NCBI GenBank assembly: GCA_001873435.1
Contig: MNZB01000003.1
Coordinates: 206,031-270,030, forward strand
Direction of reading: 5' to 3'
DNA length: 64,000 nt
Origin: Candidatus Pacebacteria bacterium CG2_30_36_39
Lineage (GTDB): Bacteria; Patescibacteriota; Microgenomatia; UBA1400; PJMF01
Part shown: piece after piece, positions 9,006 to 18,398 of the stretch
How the letters are laid out: each line of letters begins with the position of its first letter
Position numbering within the stretch: position 1 is the stretch's first letter
Notes under the pieces: generated by a model
The model's input: the letters and a program-made list of their open reading frames with translations, nothing else
What the model was told of the DNA's origin: nothing
Database searches by the model: none
Made by a program: the position numbers and the translations under genes

Positions 9006-10424
9006 ATGCAGAAAATGCTCAAAAGAACCAAGATTGTAGCTACTATTGGTCCAGCCACAGAAACAGAAGAAGTTATTGGTCAATTGATTGATGCTGGTAT
9101 GAACGTAGCTCGTTTTAATACCAAACACGGTACTCCAGAATGGCATCGTGAGCGGGTTCAAAGAGTTCGTAAAGTTGCTGCTGAAAAAGGTTTGCCAGTA
9201 GCAGTATTACTTGATTTACAGGGTCCAGAAATTCGCGTAGATTTACGCGATGGTCAAGCTTTTTCAGTTCGTGATGGTGAAGAGGTATTTTTTACTTTTA
9301 ACAAGCAATCAACTGAAGAAAAAGTAATTTTTATTCCTGAAAACGTAGTAGATACTTTGCAAATTGGCAACTTTGTTCTTTTGGATGATGGTGCTTGTGA
9401 ATTTGAAATAGTAAAAAAAGAAGATGATTTTTTAATGGCAAAAGCTCTAGGTGATTTTGAAGTAAAAACTAGAAAAACTATGAATACTCCTGGTATTGTT
9501 ATTGATATGCCCTCATTGATCGATCCAGATCGTGTACAACTTGATGGGGCTGTAGAGACTGGAGTTGATTTTGTTGGTCTATCATTTGTAAGGGACAAAG
9601 AAGATATTAAAATTTTACGCGATGAGCTAGACAAGCGTGGTCTTAAGGACACCAGTATTGTTGCCAAAATTGAGAATCAATCAGCCTTGGACAATCTTGA
9701 TGAAATCATCAATGCCAGTGATGCTGTTATGGTGGCTCGTGGCGATTTGGCTGTAGAAGTACCTTTTGAGCAATTGGCTTTTTGGCAAAAACTCATTATT
9801 ACCAAATGTCGTTTGGCTGGTAAACCAGTAATTACTGCCACTCAAATGTTGAAATCAATGGTTGAGAGCCCACGTCCCACTCGTGCTGAAGTAAGTGATG
9901 TTGCCAACGCTGTTTACGATAGTACAGATGCAGTCATGCTTTCTGAAGAAACAACTATTGGTAAGTTTCCAGTTAAAGCAGTTGAGACTCAAGCAAAAAT
10001 TGCAGCTTTCAATGAAGAATATGAAACATCATATTTGGATGAATGGGAAGATGAAACTGATCCAAGTTTAGTTGCTCACGCAGCAGTTTATTTAATGCAA
10101 AATGAGGAGAATTCTATTGATAGTGTTGTGTGTTTGACTGAGACTGGTAATACTGTTAACTTATTAACTCGCTTTAGACCAAAAGTAGATGTTCATGCTT
10201 TGACTAGTAATGAACTTACTTATCGTAAATTAGCTCTTAATTATGGTGTAATTCCTCATATTGTGGAGTTTGCTGGCGGCAAGATTGAAGAGCCAAATGC
10301 TATGGTAGAAATTCTAAAAGAAAAAGGAATTGTAAAATCCGGAGAAACTGTTTTGGTGATTTATGGCACTATTTGGAAGACACCAGGATTAACCAATAGC
10401 TTGTCAATTGTTCATGTTAAATGA
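9006..10424 (+). CDS. pyk: Pyruvate kinase
   Basis: 472 aa. N-terminus RTKIVATIGPA...NVARFN, K+/Mg2+ site motifs, MVARGDLAVE, and a C-terminal allosteric domain. Confidence 0.9.
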   Translation: MQKMLKRTKIVATIGPATETEEVIGQLIDAGMNVARFNTKHGTPEWHRERVQRVRKVAAEKGLPVAVLLDLQGPEIRVDLRDGQAFSVRDGEEVFFTFNKQSTEEKVIFIPENVVDTLQIGNFVLLDDGACEFEIVKKEDDFLMAKALGDFEVKTRKTMNTPGIVIDMPSLIDPDRVQLDGAVETGVDFVGLSFVRDKEDIKILRDELDKRGLKDTSIVAKIENQSALDNLDEIINASDAVMVARGDLAVEVPFEQLAFWQKLIITKCRLAGKPVITATQMLKSMVESPRPTRAEVSDVANAVYDSTDAVMLSEETTIGKFPVKAVETQAKIAAFNEEYETSYLDEWEDETDPSLVAHAAVYLMQNEENSIDSVVCLTETGNTVNLLTRFRPKVDVHALTSNELTYRKLALNYGVIPHIVEFAGGKIEEPNAMVEILKEKGIVKSGETVLVIYGTIWKTPGLTNSLSIVHVK

Positions 10425-10478
10425 TCTCTTGACAACCACATTCTTTTTACTAGAGAATGAATACATCACAAAGTAGAC

Positions 10479-10727
10479 ATGAGGGATGTACTTATGGCAA
10501 AAAGAAAAGGTGGCTTGCTTGCTTTAATTGCTGGTTTAGCAGTTGGCGCAACAGCTTTATTTCTTTCTAAAAAAGAGAACAGAGCAAAAGTAGTTAAGAC
10601 TGCAAAAAGAGCAGCTTCAGTTGCTAAAAAAGAAGGCAAAAAAGTTGCAGTTACTGCTAAGAAGGTAGTAGCTAAGGGAAAAGCAGCAGCTAAAAAAGTT
10701 AGCAAGAAAGTTGCTAAGAAAAAGTAA
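10479..10727 (+). CDS. Small lysine/alanine-rich histone H1/Hc1-like protein with an N-terminal TM anchor
   Basis: 82 aa. One hydrophobic helix (LLALIAGLAVGATALFL) is followed by a KKxxAKK-type repetitive basic tail. A strong terminator lies immediately downstream. Confidence 0.5.
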   Translation: MRDVLMAKRKGGLLALIAGLAVGATALFLSKKENRAKVVKTAKRAASVAKKEGKKVAVTAKKVVAKGKAAAKKVSKKVAKKK

Positions 10728-10744
10728 TTTTTTTTGAAAATAAA

Positions 10745-10772
10745 AAGCCCCATTTAATATGGGGCTTTTTTT
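10745..10772. terminator. Bidirectional intrinsic terminator
   Basis: aaagccccat-ttaat-atggggcttttttt, between convergent genes 10479..10727 (+) and 10771..11214 (-). Confidence 0.65.
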
Positions 10773-11214
10773 ATTTAACTATATTTTGTAATTTTGCCAG
10801 CCACTGTTGTAATGCCTCCAAATTACTTTCCATTTGTGGAAAGCCATCTATTTTTAAACTGTCCATAATTTTTTCAGCATTTTTACTTAACCAAAATTCT
10901 TCAATTTTATCGACAGCAAAACAAAAGTGTTCATAACTACTATCACCACAGCCAAAGGCTATGAATTTTTTGCCAGTAAAATCCATATTTTGTACTTCTT
11001 GGAAAAAAGCATCAAAATCATATTGAAGCAAACCATCATCCCAAGTTGATGAACCCAAGATTAATAGATCATAATTTTGAATTTCATTTGGAGAAAATTC
11101 ATTGGCATTAATTAGGTCATGTGTAACGCCAGATTGAGTTAGAAACTCAGAAATTTGCTCAGCTACATATTGGGTGTTGCCGGTTAAAGAACCGTATAAA
11201 AGAAGAGTTTTCAT
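10771..11214 (-). CDS. Flavodoxin (short-chain)
   Basis: 147 aa. FMN-binding N-terminus MKTLLLYGSLTGNTQYVAE and the typical acidic, W-containing loops. Confidence 0.8.
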   Translation of the reverse strand: MKTLLLYGSLTGNTQYVAEQISEFLTQSGVTHDLINANEFSPNEIQNYDLLILGSSTWDDGLLQYDFDAFFQEVQNMDFTGKKFIAFGCGDSSYEHFCFAVDKIEEFWLSKNAEKIMDSLKIDGFPQMESNLEALQQWLAKLQNIVK

Positions 11215-11280
11215 AGCAAAATTGTATCATTTTTATCTAATTCTATTGACCTAAGTCTACTCTAACCCTACAATTGCCCC

Positions 11281-12987
11281 ATGATGAAGTGGAACTGGAA
11301 AATCGCTGGTCAGGCTGGCGAAGGTGTAATGGTTGTTTCAAGAATGGTGGCTCAATTGGCTAAAAGGCATGGTCTTTATGCTTTTAACTATCTTGAATAT
11401 CCATCACTAATTAAGGGTGGTCATCAAACTGGACAAGTTTTATTTTCTGATAAACCAGTTTTTTCTCAACAAAGAGAACTAGATGTTTTAATTGCTTTTG
11501 GTAAAGCTGCTTTCAAAGAGCATGTCAAAGAAATTACTAAAAAAACTATTGTAATTTACAATCAAAATGCTGGTGATTTAACCGCAGAAGATACAAATGA
11601 TTGTCAGGGAAAAATTATTAATTTACCATTGAATGAATTTGCACGTAGAGCAACCAAAACAAAATTAGCAACTAATACAGTTGCCTTTGGTATTACTACT
11701 GCTATTTTTGGTTTTGATAAAAAAGTTTCACTATCTTTGGTAAGCGAAGCATTTGTTGGTAAGGGAGAAGAAGTAATTAAAACTAACCATGCAGCTTTTA
11801 TGTTGGGTTACGAGGCAATTTTAGCTGAGCTCTCTCCTCTTCATGAATTTAAAGTTGCAACTGATAATCAAGTTATTACTACTGGTAACGAAGCAGTTGG
11901 ACTTGGGGCATTGGCTGGTGGTGTTCAGTTCTATAGCGCTTATCCTATGACTCCAGCTTCGGCTGCAATGCATTTCTTGGCTGATCAACAAAAAAATTAT
12001 CCTTTAATTGTTAAACATGTAGAAGATGAAATAGCAGCTATTAACCAAGCTATTGGTGCCTCCTATGCTGGAGTAAGATCTATGACTGGGTCTTCTGGCG
12101 GCGGTTTTGCTTTAATGGTTGAGGGTTTGTCTTTGGCTGGTATTACGGAAACCCCACTGGTTATTCTTTATGGTCAGAGACCAGGTCCAGCTACCGGTTT
12201 ACCAACTTGGACTTCGCAAGCTGATCTACAATTTATTCTTAGAGCAGGTCATGGAGAGTTTCAAAGAGTGGTTTTGACGCCAGGCACTATTGCCGAACAC
12301 TATGAATTAACTAAACTGGCCTTTGATCTCGCTGAGAAGTACCATATTCCGGTTTTTATTGTGAGTGATAAGTATGCCCTTGAATCACACCAAACTTGGC
12401 AACAACCACCCACAGAAGTCGAAGTGAAAAAGCTTAGTTATATGGCAGATAAAGATTTGTCTGCAGATGATAGTTACTTAAGATATTCGCTAGAAGCAGA
12501 AGATGGTATTTCTCCTCGCTCAGTTCCTGGTCAACCACATGGTTTGTATATTAGTAATTCTTATGAACATGATCCTTCTGGTTATGCAACAGAAGATGCT
12601 GATATGACTCGTCAGCAAACCGAGAAAAGAGCTGAAAAATATAATGGTTTGATTAAAGAAATTCCCCAGCCAGAACTAATTGGTCCCAAGGATGCTCCCA
12701 CTACTTTTGTATGTTGGGGTTCAACTGTTAATGTTTTGAAAGATTTGGTTGCTATGACTGATAAAGTAAATGTAATTCATTTGCCTTGTGTCTGGCCATT
12801 TCCTTCTAATGCCTTTATTGAATTAGCAGCAAAAGCTCAAAGATTAGTGATGGTTGAGGGTAACCATACCGGACAAGGAGAACAGTTAATTCGTCAAGAA
12901 ACTGGTATTACTTTTAAAGAAAATTTGCGTCGTTTTGATGGTCGTCCTTTTTATGCAGAAGATATTTTGAATTGGTTGGAGCAATAA
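11281..12987 (+). CDS. 2-oxoacid:ferredoxin/flavodoxin oxidoreductase, alpha subunit (fused gamma-alpha type)
   Basis: 568 aa with KorA/PorA-like domains. Translationally coupled to the TPP-binding beta subunit, overlapping it by 16 nt. Confidence 0.8.
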   Translation: MMKWNWKIAGQAGEGVMVVSRMVAQLAKRHGLYAFNYLEYPSLIKGGHQTGQVLFSDKPVFSQQRELDVLIAFGKAAFKEHVKEITKKTIVIYNQNAGDLTAEDTNDCQGKIINLPLNEFARRATKTKLATNTVAFGITTAIFGFDKKVSLSLVSEAFVGKGEEVIKTNHAAFMLGYEAILAELSPLHEFKVATDNQVITTGNEAVGLGALAGGVQFYSAYPMTPASAAMHFLADQQKNYPLIVKHVEDEIAAINQAIGASYAGVRSMTGSSGGGFALMVEGLSLAGITETPLVILYGQRPGPATGLPTWTSQADLQFILRAGHGEFQRVVLTPGTIAEHYELTKLAFDLAEKYHIPVFIVSDKYALESHQTWQQPPTEVEVKKLSYMADKDLSADDSYLRYSLEAEDGISPRSVPGQPHGLYISNSYEHDPSGYATEDADMTRQQTEKRAEKYNGLIKEIPQPELIGPKDAPTTFVCWGSTVNVLKDLVAMTDKVNVIHLPCVWPFPSNAFIELAAKAQRLVMVEGNHTGQGEQLIRQETGITFKENLRRFDGRPFYAEDILNWLEQ

Positions 12988-13853
12988 ATATGTCAAATAT
13001 AACGCAACAAAGTATTCAATCACCTATTACTCCAACTTGGTGTCCTGGTTGCGGTAATTTTGGGATTTTAGGAGCTATTAAACAAGCCTTTGTGCAAATG
13101 GCTATGCCAGAAGAAAATTTGGTGGTAGTTTATGGTGTAGGTTGTAGTGGTAATATGGCGGATTTTAATCGGGTTTATGGTTTTCATTCACTTCATGGTC
13201 GAGCTATTTCAAATGCTATGGGTATTAAGATGGCAAATCATAAGCTTAAGGTGATTGTAGTTGCTGGCGAAGGAGATACTTATGGTGAGGGTCTCAATCA
13301 TTTGATTTCTGCTGCTCGTGGTAATCATGACATTACTGTTTTGGTTCATAATAACCAGACTTACAGTTTAACTACTGGCCAAAGTTCTCCTACTACTTTT
13401 AAGGGGACTGCAACCAAATCAACTCCAGACGGTCTAATCGAAGAACCAATGAATCCTTTGACTATGGCTTTGGCTGCTCATGCTGGTTATGTTGCTAGAG
13501 CCTATGCTGGTAATATGGCTCAACTGATTAACTTGGTTAAAGCGGCTTTAAATCATGAGGGTTTTGCTTTGGTTGATGTCTTACAGCCTTGTCCAACTTT
13601 TAATAAGGTAAATACTTATCAATGGTTTCAACAAAAAGTTTATGATTTGGATAAAGAAGGTTATCAACCATACGACCAGAGATTGGCTTGGGAAAAAGCT
13701 ATGGAGACTGAAAAGATTCCTGTTGGTTTGTTTTATCATGATCCTAGTTTATTGGCTTATCATAAACATTTAAGTCAGTTGGAGAAACAATCTTTACTTG
13801 AACAAAGAGCGGAAAAAATTTCTCTTGAAAAACCTTTTCAAGCGTTTGTTTAA
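12972..13853 (+). CDS. 2-oxoacid:ferredoxin oxidoreductase, beta subunit (TPP-binding)
   Basis: 293 aa. Has CPGCGNFG and a GDG-type TPP motif (AGEGDTYGEG). Confidence 0.8.
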   Translation: MVGAINMSNITQQSIQSPITPTWCPGCGNFGILGAIKQAFVQMAMPEENLVVVYGVGCSGNMADFNRVYGFHSLHGRAISNAMGIKMANHKLKVIVVAGEGDTYGEGLNHLISAARGNHDITVLVHNNQTYSLTTGQSSPTTFKGTATKSTPDGLIEEPMNPLTMALAAHAGYVARAYAGNMAQLINLVKAALNHEGFALVDVLQPCPTFNKVNTYQWFQQKVYDLDKEGYQPYDQRLAWEKAMETEKIPVGLFYHDPSLLAYHKHLSQLEKQSLLEQRAEKISLEKPFQAFV

Positions 13854-13871
13854 AAAAAGTTCAAATACTAA

Positions 13872-13905
13872 ATAAGCCAGCTTTCGCTGGCTTATTCTAT
13901 TTTTT
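13872..13905. terminator. Bidirectional intrinsic terminator
   Basis: aataagccagc-tttc-gctggcttatt followed by ctatttttt, between convergent genes. Confidence 0.6.
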
Positions 13906-13918
13906 AAGCTTTTTGTAA

Positions 13919-14629
13919 TTATTCGGCTTTGATAGTTATTGATTGAACAGTTATTGGTTCAACTGGGCTAGATTTTTCTCCACCCAAACTTGTTTTTACT
14001 GGTGCAGTAGCAATTTTATCTACTGTTTCAATACCGCTAATGACTTTGCCAAAAATGACATAGTTCTGTGGTAATGGATAGTCTTGATGCATGATAAAAA
14101 ATTGGCTGCCATTGGTGTTTGGTCCAGCATTGGCCATAGCGATGGTACCGCGAGTGTATTCACCAGAGAACTTTTCATCGGCAAAGCGATATCCTGGTCC
14201 ACCCATGCCAGTTCCTTCTGGGTCACCTCCTTGGATCATAAAACCTTTGATAGTGCGGTGAAAAATTGTGTTGTCATAAAATTTTTCATTAGCTAAGAAC
14301 ACAAAGTTGTTGACAGTGTTAGGTACTTGGTCTGCATATAATTCAACTACGATTTCACCGGCTGAAGTAGTAAAAGTGGCCTGATATTTTTTATTTGCAT
14401 CAATGGCCATTGTTGGAGCAGAATCATATTGTTTTTTCATGTTTTCCTTTTTATTAATATTAATTGCTAAAGTTGGAACTGCGGTTGGTTTTGGTGTAAC
14501 TACTGGAACTTGGGTGTTCTGGTTGAGATAGGCCTCATTTTTTAATGAGTTGTTTTTGTTCATTAATAAAGCGAATCCACCTAAAGTTACAAAGATAGCA
14601 ATGATGATTATAATTGTTTCTTTTTTCAT
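13919..14629 (-). CDS. Peptidyl-prolyl cis-trans isomerase, cyclophilin type, with an N-terminal membrane anchor or signal
   Basis: 236 aa. An N-terminal TM is followed by the cyclophilin core (FHRTIKGFMIQGGDP, GTIAMANAGPNTNGSQFFI). Confidence 0.85.
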   Translation of the reverse strand: MKKETIIIIIAIFVTLGGFALLMNKNNSLKNEAYLNQNTQVPVVTPKPTAVPTLAININKKENMKKQYDSAPTMAIDANKKYQATFTTSAGEIVVELYADQVPNTVNNFVFLANEKFYDNTIFHRTIKGFMIQGGDPEGTGMGGPGYRFADEKFSGEYTRGTIAMANAGPNTNGSQFFIMHQDYPLPQNYVIFGKVISGIETVDKIATAPVKTSLGGEKSSPVEPITVQSITIKAE

Positions 14630-14942
14630 AAGAATGCTGGAATGGTATCACCGTAGGTAGTCAAATTACAAGGTTGTTTTTCTGTTGTCGGGTGAATGAT
14701 TTTTACTGGTTTTACGACTCTTAGATATATGGATATTGTGAGGCATTGGCGCTTAAGAAAACAGAGATATAGCTTGGAGGGAATTGATAAGGTTGATCAA
14801 GCCAATGGTGTTGGTTTGGCTCACATGAGTTCTTCATTGGAAACCATAGCTCAGGTGAAAAAGAATTTTAATGCATTGAAGCAAATACAAGAACAGCAAG
14901 ACCTTGAGGACCTTGCTGTTCTTAGAAAAGCATTTGAAAATA

Positions 14943-16199
14943 TTAAATAAAGGTTAGAGCGATGCCTGTTTTATTGGCTCTACCTGTACGACCAATGCGA
15001 TGGATGTAGTCTTCGTAAGATCCTGGTAGGTCATAGTTAATAACGTGAGTTACATCATCAATATCAAGTCCACGAGCTACAACGTCAGTTGCAATTAAGG
15101 CTTGTAGCTGATTTGCTTTAAATTGTTTTAAAGCTTTTTGTCTTTGGCTTTGAGTTTTATTGCCATGAATGGCATTGACTTTAAAGCCATTATCTTGAAG
15201 TTGTCTAGATAAGGTTTCAGCCCCTCTTTTGGTACGACCAAAGACTAGGACTTTTTCAAAGTTTTCTGAAACTAATAGTTCTTTAAGAACTTCAATTTTT
15301 GGTCTACCTTGAACTTTAATAATTTTTTGTTCAATGTTCTCTGAAGATTGCTGAGTTTTGATCGTAACAGAAACTGGATTGGTTAAAAAACCTCCCATGA
15401 TTTCTTCTACTTTAGTTGACATGGTGGCTGAGAAAAACAATGATTGTCTTTTTTCAGCTAAGCCATCGATAATCATTTTGACATCTTTGACAAATCCCAT
15501 ATCCAACATACGATCCACCTCATCTAAGATAATGTTGGTGAATTGATCAAAATTTAATTTTCTTCTTTGATTTAAATCTTTAATTCTTCCAGGAGTGCCA
15601 ATAACAAAGTGTTGTCCCATTCTCAATGAATCAACTTGTCTTTGAATTGAAGAACCGCCGATACAAACAGTGGAATAGATTCTTAAGCCAAAAGCAAAAG
15701 AAGCTAGTTCATCACGTACTTGAATAGCAAGTTCTCTGGTAGGAACAACGATTAAAACTTTTTCTTCAGAGTTATTAAGAACTTTATTAATCATAGGAAC
15801 TAAAAAGGCAGCAGTTTTTCCTGTACCAGTTTTAGCAACGCCAACTACGTCTCTACCAGCCAAGACATGAGGGATCACTTGATCCTGAATTGGGGTAGGA
15901 GTTAGATATTTTTTGTGAATAATGTTCTTTTTTAGTTCTTCAGCAATGTCAAAATCAATAAATTGATTTACTGGCACGAAGTTTTCTTGGGTTTGTTTTG
16001 GTTTTCTAACACCAGATTGCATGATTAGTGAGGTTGGGTCAAAGATGGTTTGTTTCATGCCACCCTTTTTACCACCACGACTTCTGCTACTGTAGTTACC
16101 ACCAAAGCTTCTGCCGCCTCCATTTTTGGAACGACGATCGTATCCCCCGCTATTGCGGTTGCCGAAACTAGAAGATGAGCGTTTGTTAAATTGACGCAT
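14943..16199 (-). CDS. DEAD-box ATP-dependent RNA helicase with an N-terminal RGG/Ser-rich extension
   Basis: 418 aa. Q-motif, Walker A AKTGTGKT, DEAD (DEVD variant), SAT and HRIGRTGR motifs. Confidence 0.85.
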   Translation of the reverse strand: MRQFNKRSSSSFGNRNSGGYDRRSKNGGGRSFGGNYSSRSRGGKKGGMKQTIFDPTSLIMQSGVRKPKQTQENFVPVNQFIDFDIAEELKKNIIHKKYLTPTPIQDQVIPHVLAGRDVVGVAKTGTGKTAAFLVPMINKVLNNSEEKVLIVVPTRELAIQVRDELASFAFGLRIYSTVCIGGSSIQRQVDSLRMGQHFVIGTPGRIKDLNQRRKLNFDQFTNIILDEVDRMLDMGFVKDVKMIIDGLAEKRQSLFFSATMSTKVEEIMGGFLTNPVSVTIKTQQSSENIEQKIIKVQGRPKIEVLKELLVSENFEKVLVFGRTKRGAETLSRQLQDNGFKVNAIHGNKTQSQRQKALKQFKANQLQALIATDVVARGLDIDDVTHVINYDLPGSYEDYIHRIGRTGRANKTGIALTFI

Positions 16200-16377
16200 A
16201 ATATATTTCTTTCTTTAACTATTATTAGGTTAAAGACAAGAAACAAATGTAATTAAGGGAAAAAATTCTTCTTAAAGCCAATTGTGAGCTTAACCTGGTT
16301 GATTGCATTAAAGAACAATCAATGAACCGGAAGTTTAGCATTATTATTAACTAATGTCAAACTATAGGATAAATTAT

Positions 16378-16863
16378 TTATTTTACTTGATGTAATTTAG
16401 TAATATCTTTGCTAAGTTTTTCTAGACTGGCTCTAATTTCTTCGATTGAAACTACTATTTTATCTTCATCTTCATCGTCTTCAATGTAGTCATCCGAAAT
16501 TTCTTTTACATCGTCGGTAAGATCCTCAACGTTTTCTTGGATGTCGTCAATGTCTTTTTCTACTCCAGCTAGGCTTTCTCGGTTTTTATTAATGGTCATT
16601 TGAATAAAAATGGCAAGATAAATGGCCTCCAGGGAGACTGCGGTGGTTAAAATTAACAAGATGTCATCATTGCTAACTCCAATGAATCTAAGTGAGAAGA
16701 TACTGATAAATAAAATAGTATGAGTAACTATCGAGGCTGGGGTGCCTACCCAAACAGTGAGTTTTTCTGATAGTTTTTCTAGATTTTTCATTAGATCCTT
16801 TCCAATTGTTTCTAATAATAGAAACAATAAGCCTATGTTGGTCTTAATTTTTTTTCTTGTCAA
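16378..16863 (-). CDS. Hypothetical membrane protein with an acidic coiled-coil C-terminus
   Basis: 161 aa with two predicted TM helices followed by a D/E-rich helical region. Confidence 0.35.
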   Translation of the reverse strand: MTRKKIKTNIGLLFLLLETIGKDLMKNLEKLSEKLTVWVGTPASIVTHTILFISIFSLRFIGVSNDDILLILTTAVSLEAIYLAIFIQMTINKNRESLAGVEKDIDDIQENVEDLTDDVKEISDDYIEDDEDEDKIVVSIEEIRASLEKLSKDITKLHQVK

Positions 16864-16884
16864 CCAAATGTTTGTTTTTGAAAA

Positions 16885-17142
16885 TTAATCTTCTTTTTCA
16901 GTTTCAATTCTTACAGTGCATTCAGTTAGTAGTACGAAGATGGCGGTGATAATAGTTATTGGTGGGAAGATTAAGGTTATAAATGTGGCGATAGTGACGG
17001 AGATGATAATTAGTGATTTTTCATCTTTGTCTTCAATTATTATTTTTCTAATATTTCCCTGATGGATTAGTTCTTTTATTTTTTTAAGTAGGTTTTCTCC
17101 ATTAACTTCGAAGGATTTTGTTTTTGTATTTTTTGTTGTCAT
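16885..17142 (-). CDS. Hypothetical small membrane protein
   Basis: 85 aa with a C-terminal hydrophobic hairpin. Tightly spaced with its neighbours. Confidence 0.3.
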   Translation of the reverse strand: MTTKNTKTKSFEVNGENLLKKIKELIHQGNIRKIIIEDKDEKSLIIISVTIATFITLIFPPITIITAIFVLLTECTVRIETEKED

Positions 17143-17168
17143 CTCGTTATTATATAGCTTTTTGGTTA

Positions 17169-17939
17169 TTAATGTTTTTTTGTAAATGAGAGGATGTTGG
17201 TTGATAAATTGGTGATAAACATAAAAATTCGCTCTTTTAAAGTTGGTTTTGGCATGAATAAATCAAAAAGTACCATGGTATAGGCAACTGAAAGAATGGT
17301 CATAATCCACCAGAATCCAGCAACAAAGCCTGCTATTACATCTGAAAAATAATGTACTCCTAGATATATTCTGCTGAAACTAATTATTCCAACCATGGAG
17401 ATTGAGAATATTCCTACTAATGAAGTGAGTTTTTTGTTTTTTGATAAATGATAGGTTAGATAGGTTAAGAGAATATAAAAAATAAAGTTGTTCATTGCGT
17501 GAGCTGATGGAAAGCTATAGGTAGATTCGTATGCTAGGGCATTAAATTGTGGCCTAGGTCGATCAAACATTGTTTTTAATGTGGAGTTAATTACTACTCC
17601 CATGATCATGCTGATTAAAAATAAAGCTGTTTCTTTTCTATGCTTTTTGAGTAGTAGTAAAGAAATTATTAGAGTGGCTAGGCTTAAGATTACGGCACCA
17701 CCCAAATGAGTGAAGAAGAACATTGTTTGGGTTAAAAGGGGTGTTCTAATGGTGTTTACCCAACTAATAAATTGGTTGTCAAGGTTGACTAGGTTTTTGT
17801 TAGTAGCAAAGTCTGCCAGATCATTGAAAGAGACGATGGAGACGATGCTGAAAATTAATCCAACCATTATTTCCATGGAGATGATGAGAACTTTTTTTGA
17901 TTTGCTGAGAGCTTGAAAATAATAATGTCTTATTTTCAT
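17169..17939 (-). CDS. PAP2-family lipid phosphatase (undecaprenyl-diphosphate or phosphatidate phosphatase-like)
   Basis: 256-aa polytopic protein with PAP2 motifs KxxxxxxRP (KTMFDRPRP), SFPSAH and a downstream GVHYFSD-type motif. Confidence 0.7.
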   Translation of the reverse strand: MKIRHYYFQALSKSKKVLIISMEIMVGLIFSIVSIVSFNDLADFATNKNLVNLDNQFISWVNTIRTPLLTQTMFFFTHLGGAVILSLATLIISLLLLKKHRKETALFLISMIMGVVINSTLKTMFDRPRPQFNALAYESTYSFPSAHAMNNFIFYILLTYLTYHLSKNKKLTSLVGIFSISMVGIISFSRIYLGVHYFSDVIAGFVAGFWWIMTILSVAYTMVLFDLFMPKPTLKERIFMFITNLSTNILSFTKKH

Positions 17940-17943
17940 AGAA

Positions 17944-18297
17944 TTAGATTAAATAGGGTAAGAAGATTATTAGTCCTGCAACGAGCGCTGCTATGGAAAC
18001 AATTAGAACTGCTCCAGCCGAGAGATCTTTTGGCAGTCCCATGGCTTTATAGGTTTCTGGGTTGGTTTTAGTGATGTTGTTGATTGTTTTTTCAATGGCT
18101 GTATTTAAGAGTTCGACTGAAATAACTAGTGATATTGCAAATGTAATGAGTAGCCATTCAGCTTTGGTGATGTGAAGAGCAGATCCCATTGTTATGGCAG
18201 CAATCGCAGCTAAAACATGAATTTTCATGTTTTTTTCAGATTTAAAGCCCTCAATGATTCCCATAATGGCATATTTAAATGAGTTAATTAATTTCAT
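17944..18297 (-). CDS. Diacylglycerol kinase (DgkA-like, prokaryotic)
   Basis: 117-aa three-TM protein whose N-terminal amphipathic helix resembles DgkA. Adjacent to the PAP2 phosphatase. Confidence 0.6.
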   Translation of the reverse strand: MKLINSFKYAIMGIIEGFKSEKNMKIHVLAAIAAITMGSALHITKAEWLLITFAISLVISVELLNTAIEKTINNITKTNPETYKAMGLPKDLSAGAVLIVSIAALVAGLIIFLPYLI

Positions 18298-18398
18298 ATG
18301 AATAGATCAAGTATACATTATTTATTTATGTTATTAATGTATGTTAACTTAAATTTATCTTTCTCAAGAACAAATTTTCAGTTATAATACTGCATCTA

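Noticed and set aside
14696-14950. 84-aa plus-strand ORF between the cyclophilin and DEAD-box helicase genes
   Set aside because: No RBS or motif, and it sits in the divergent/convergent gap. It could be real but is unsupported, so it was not listed as a feature.
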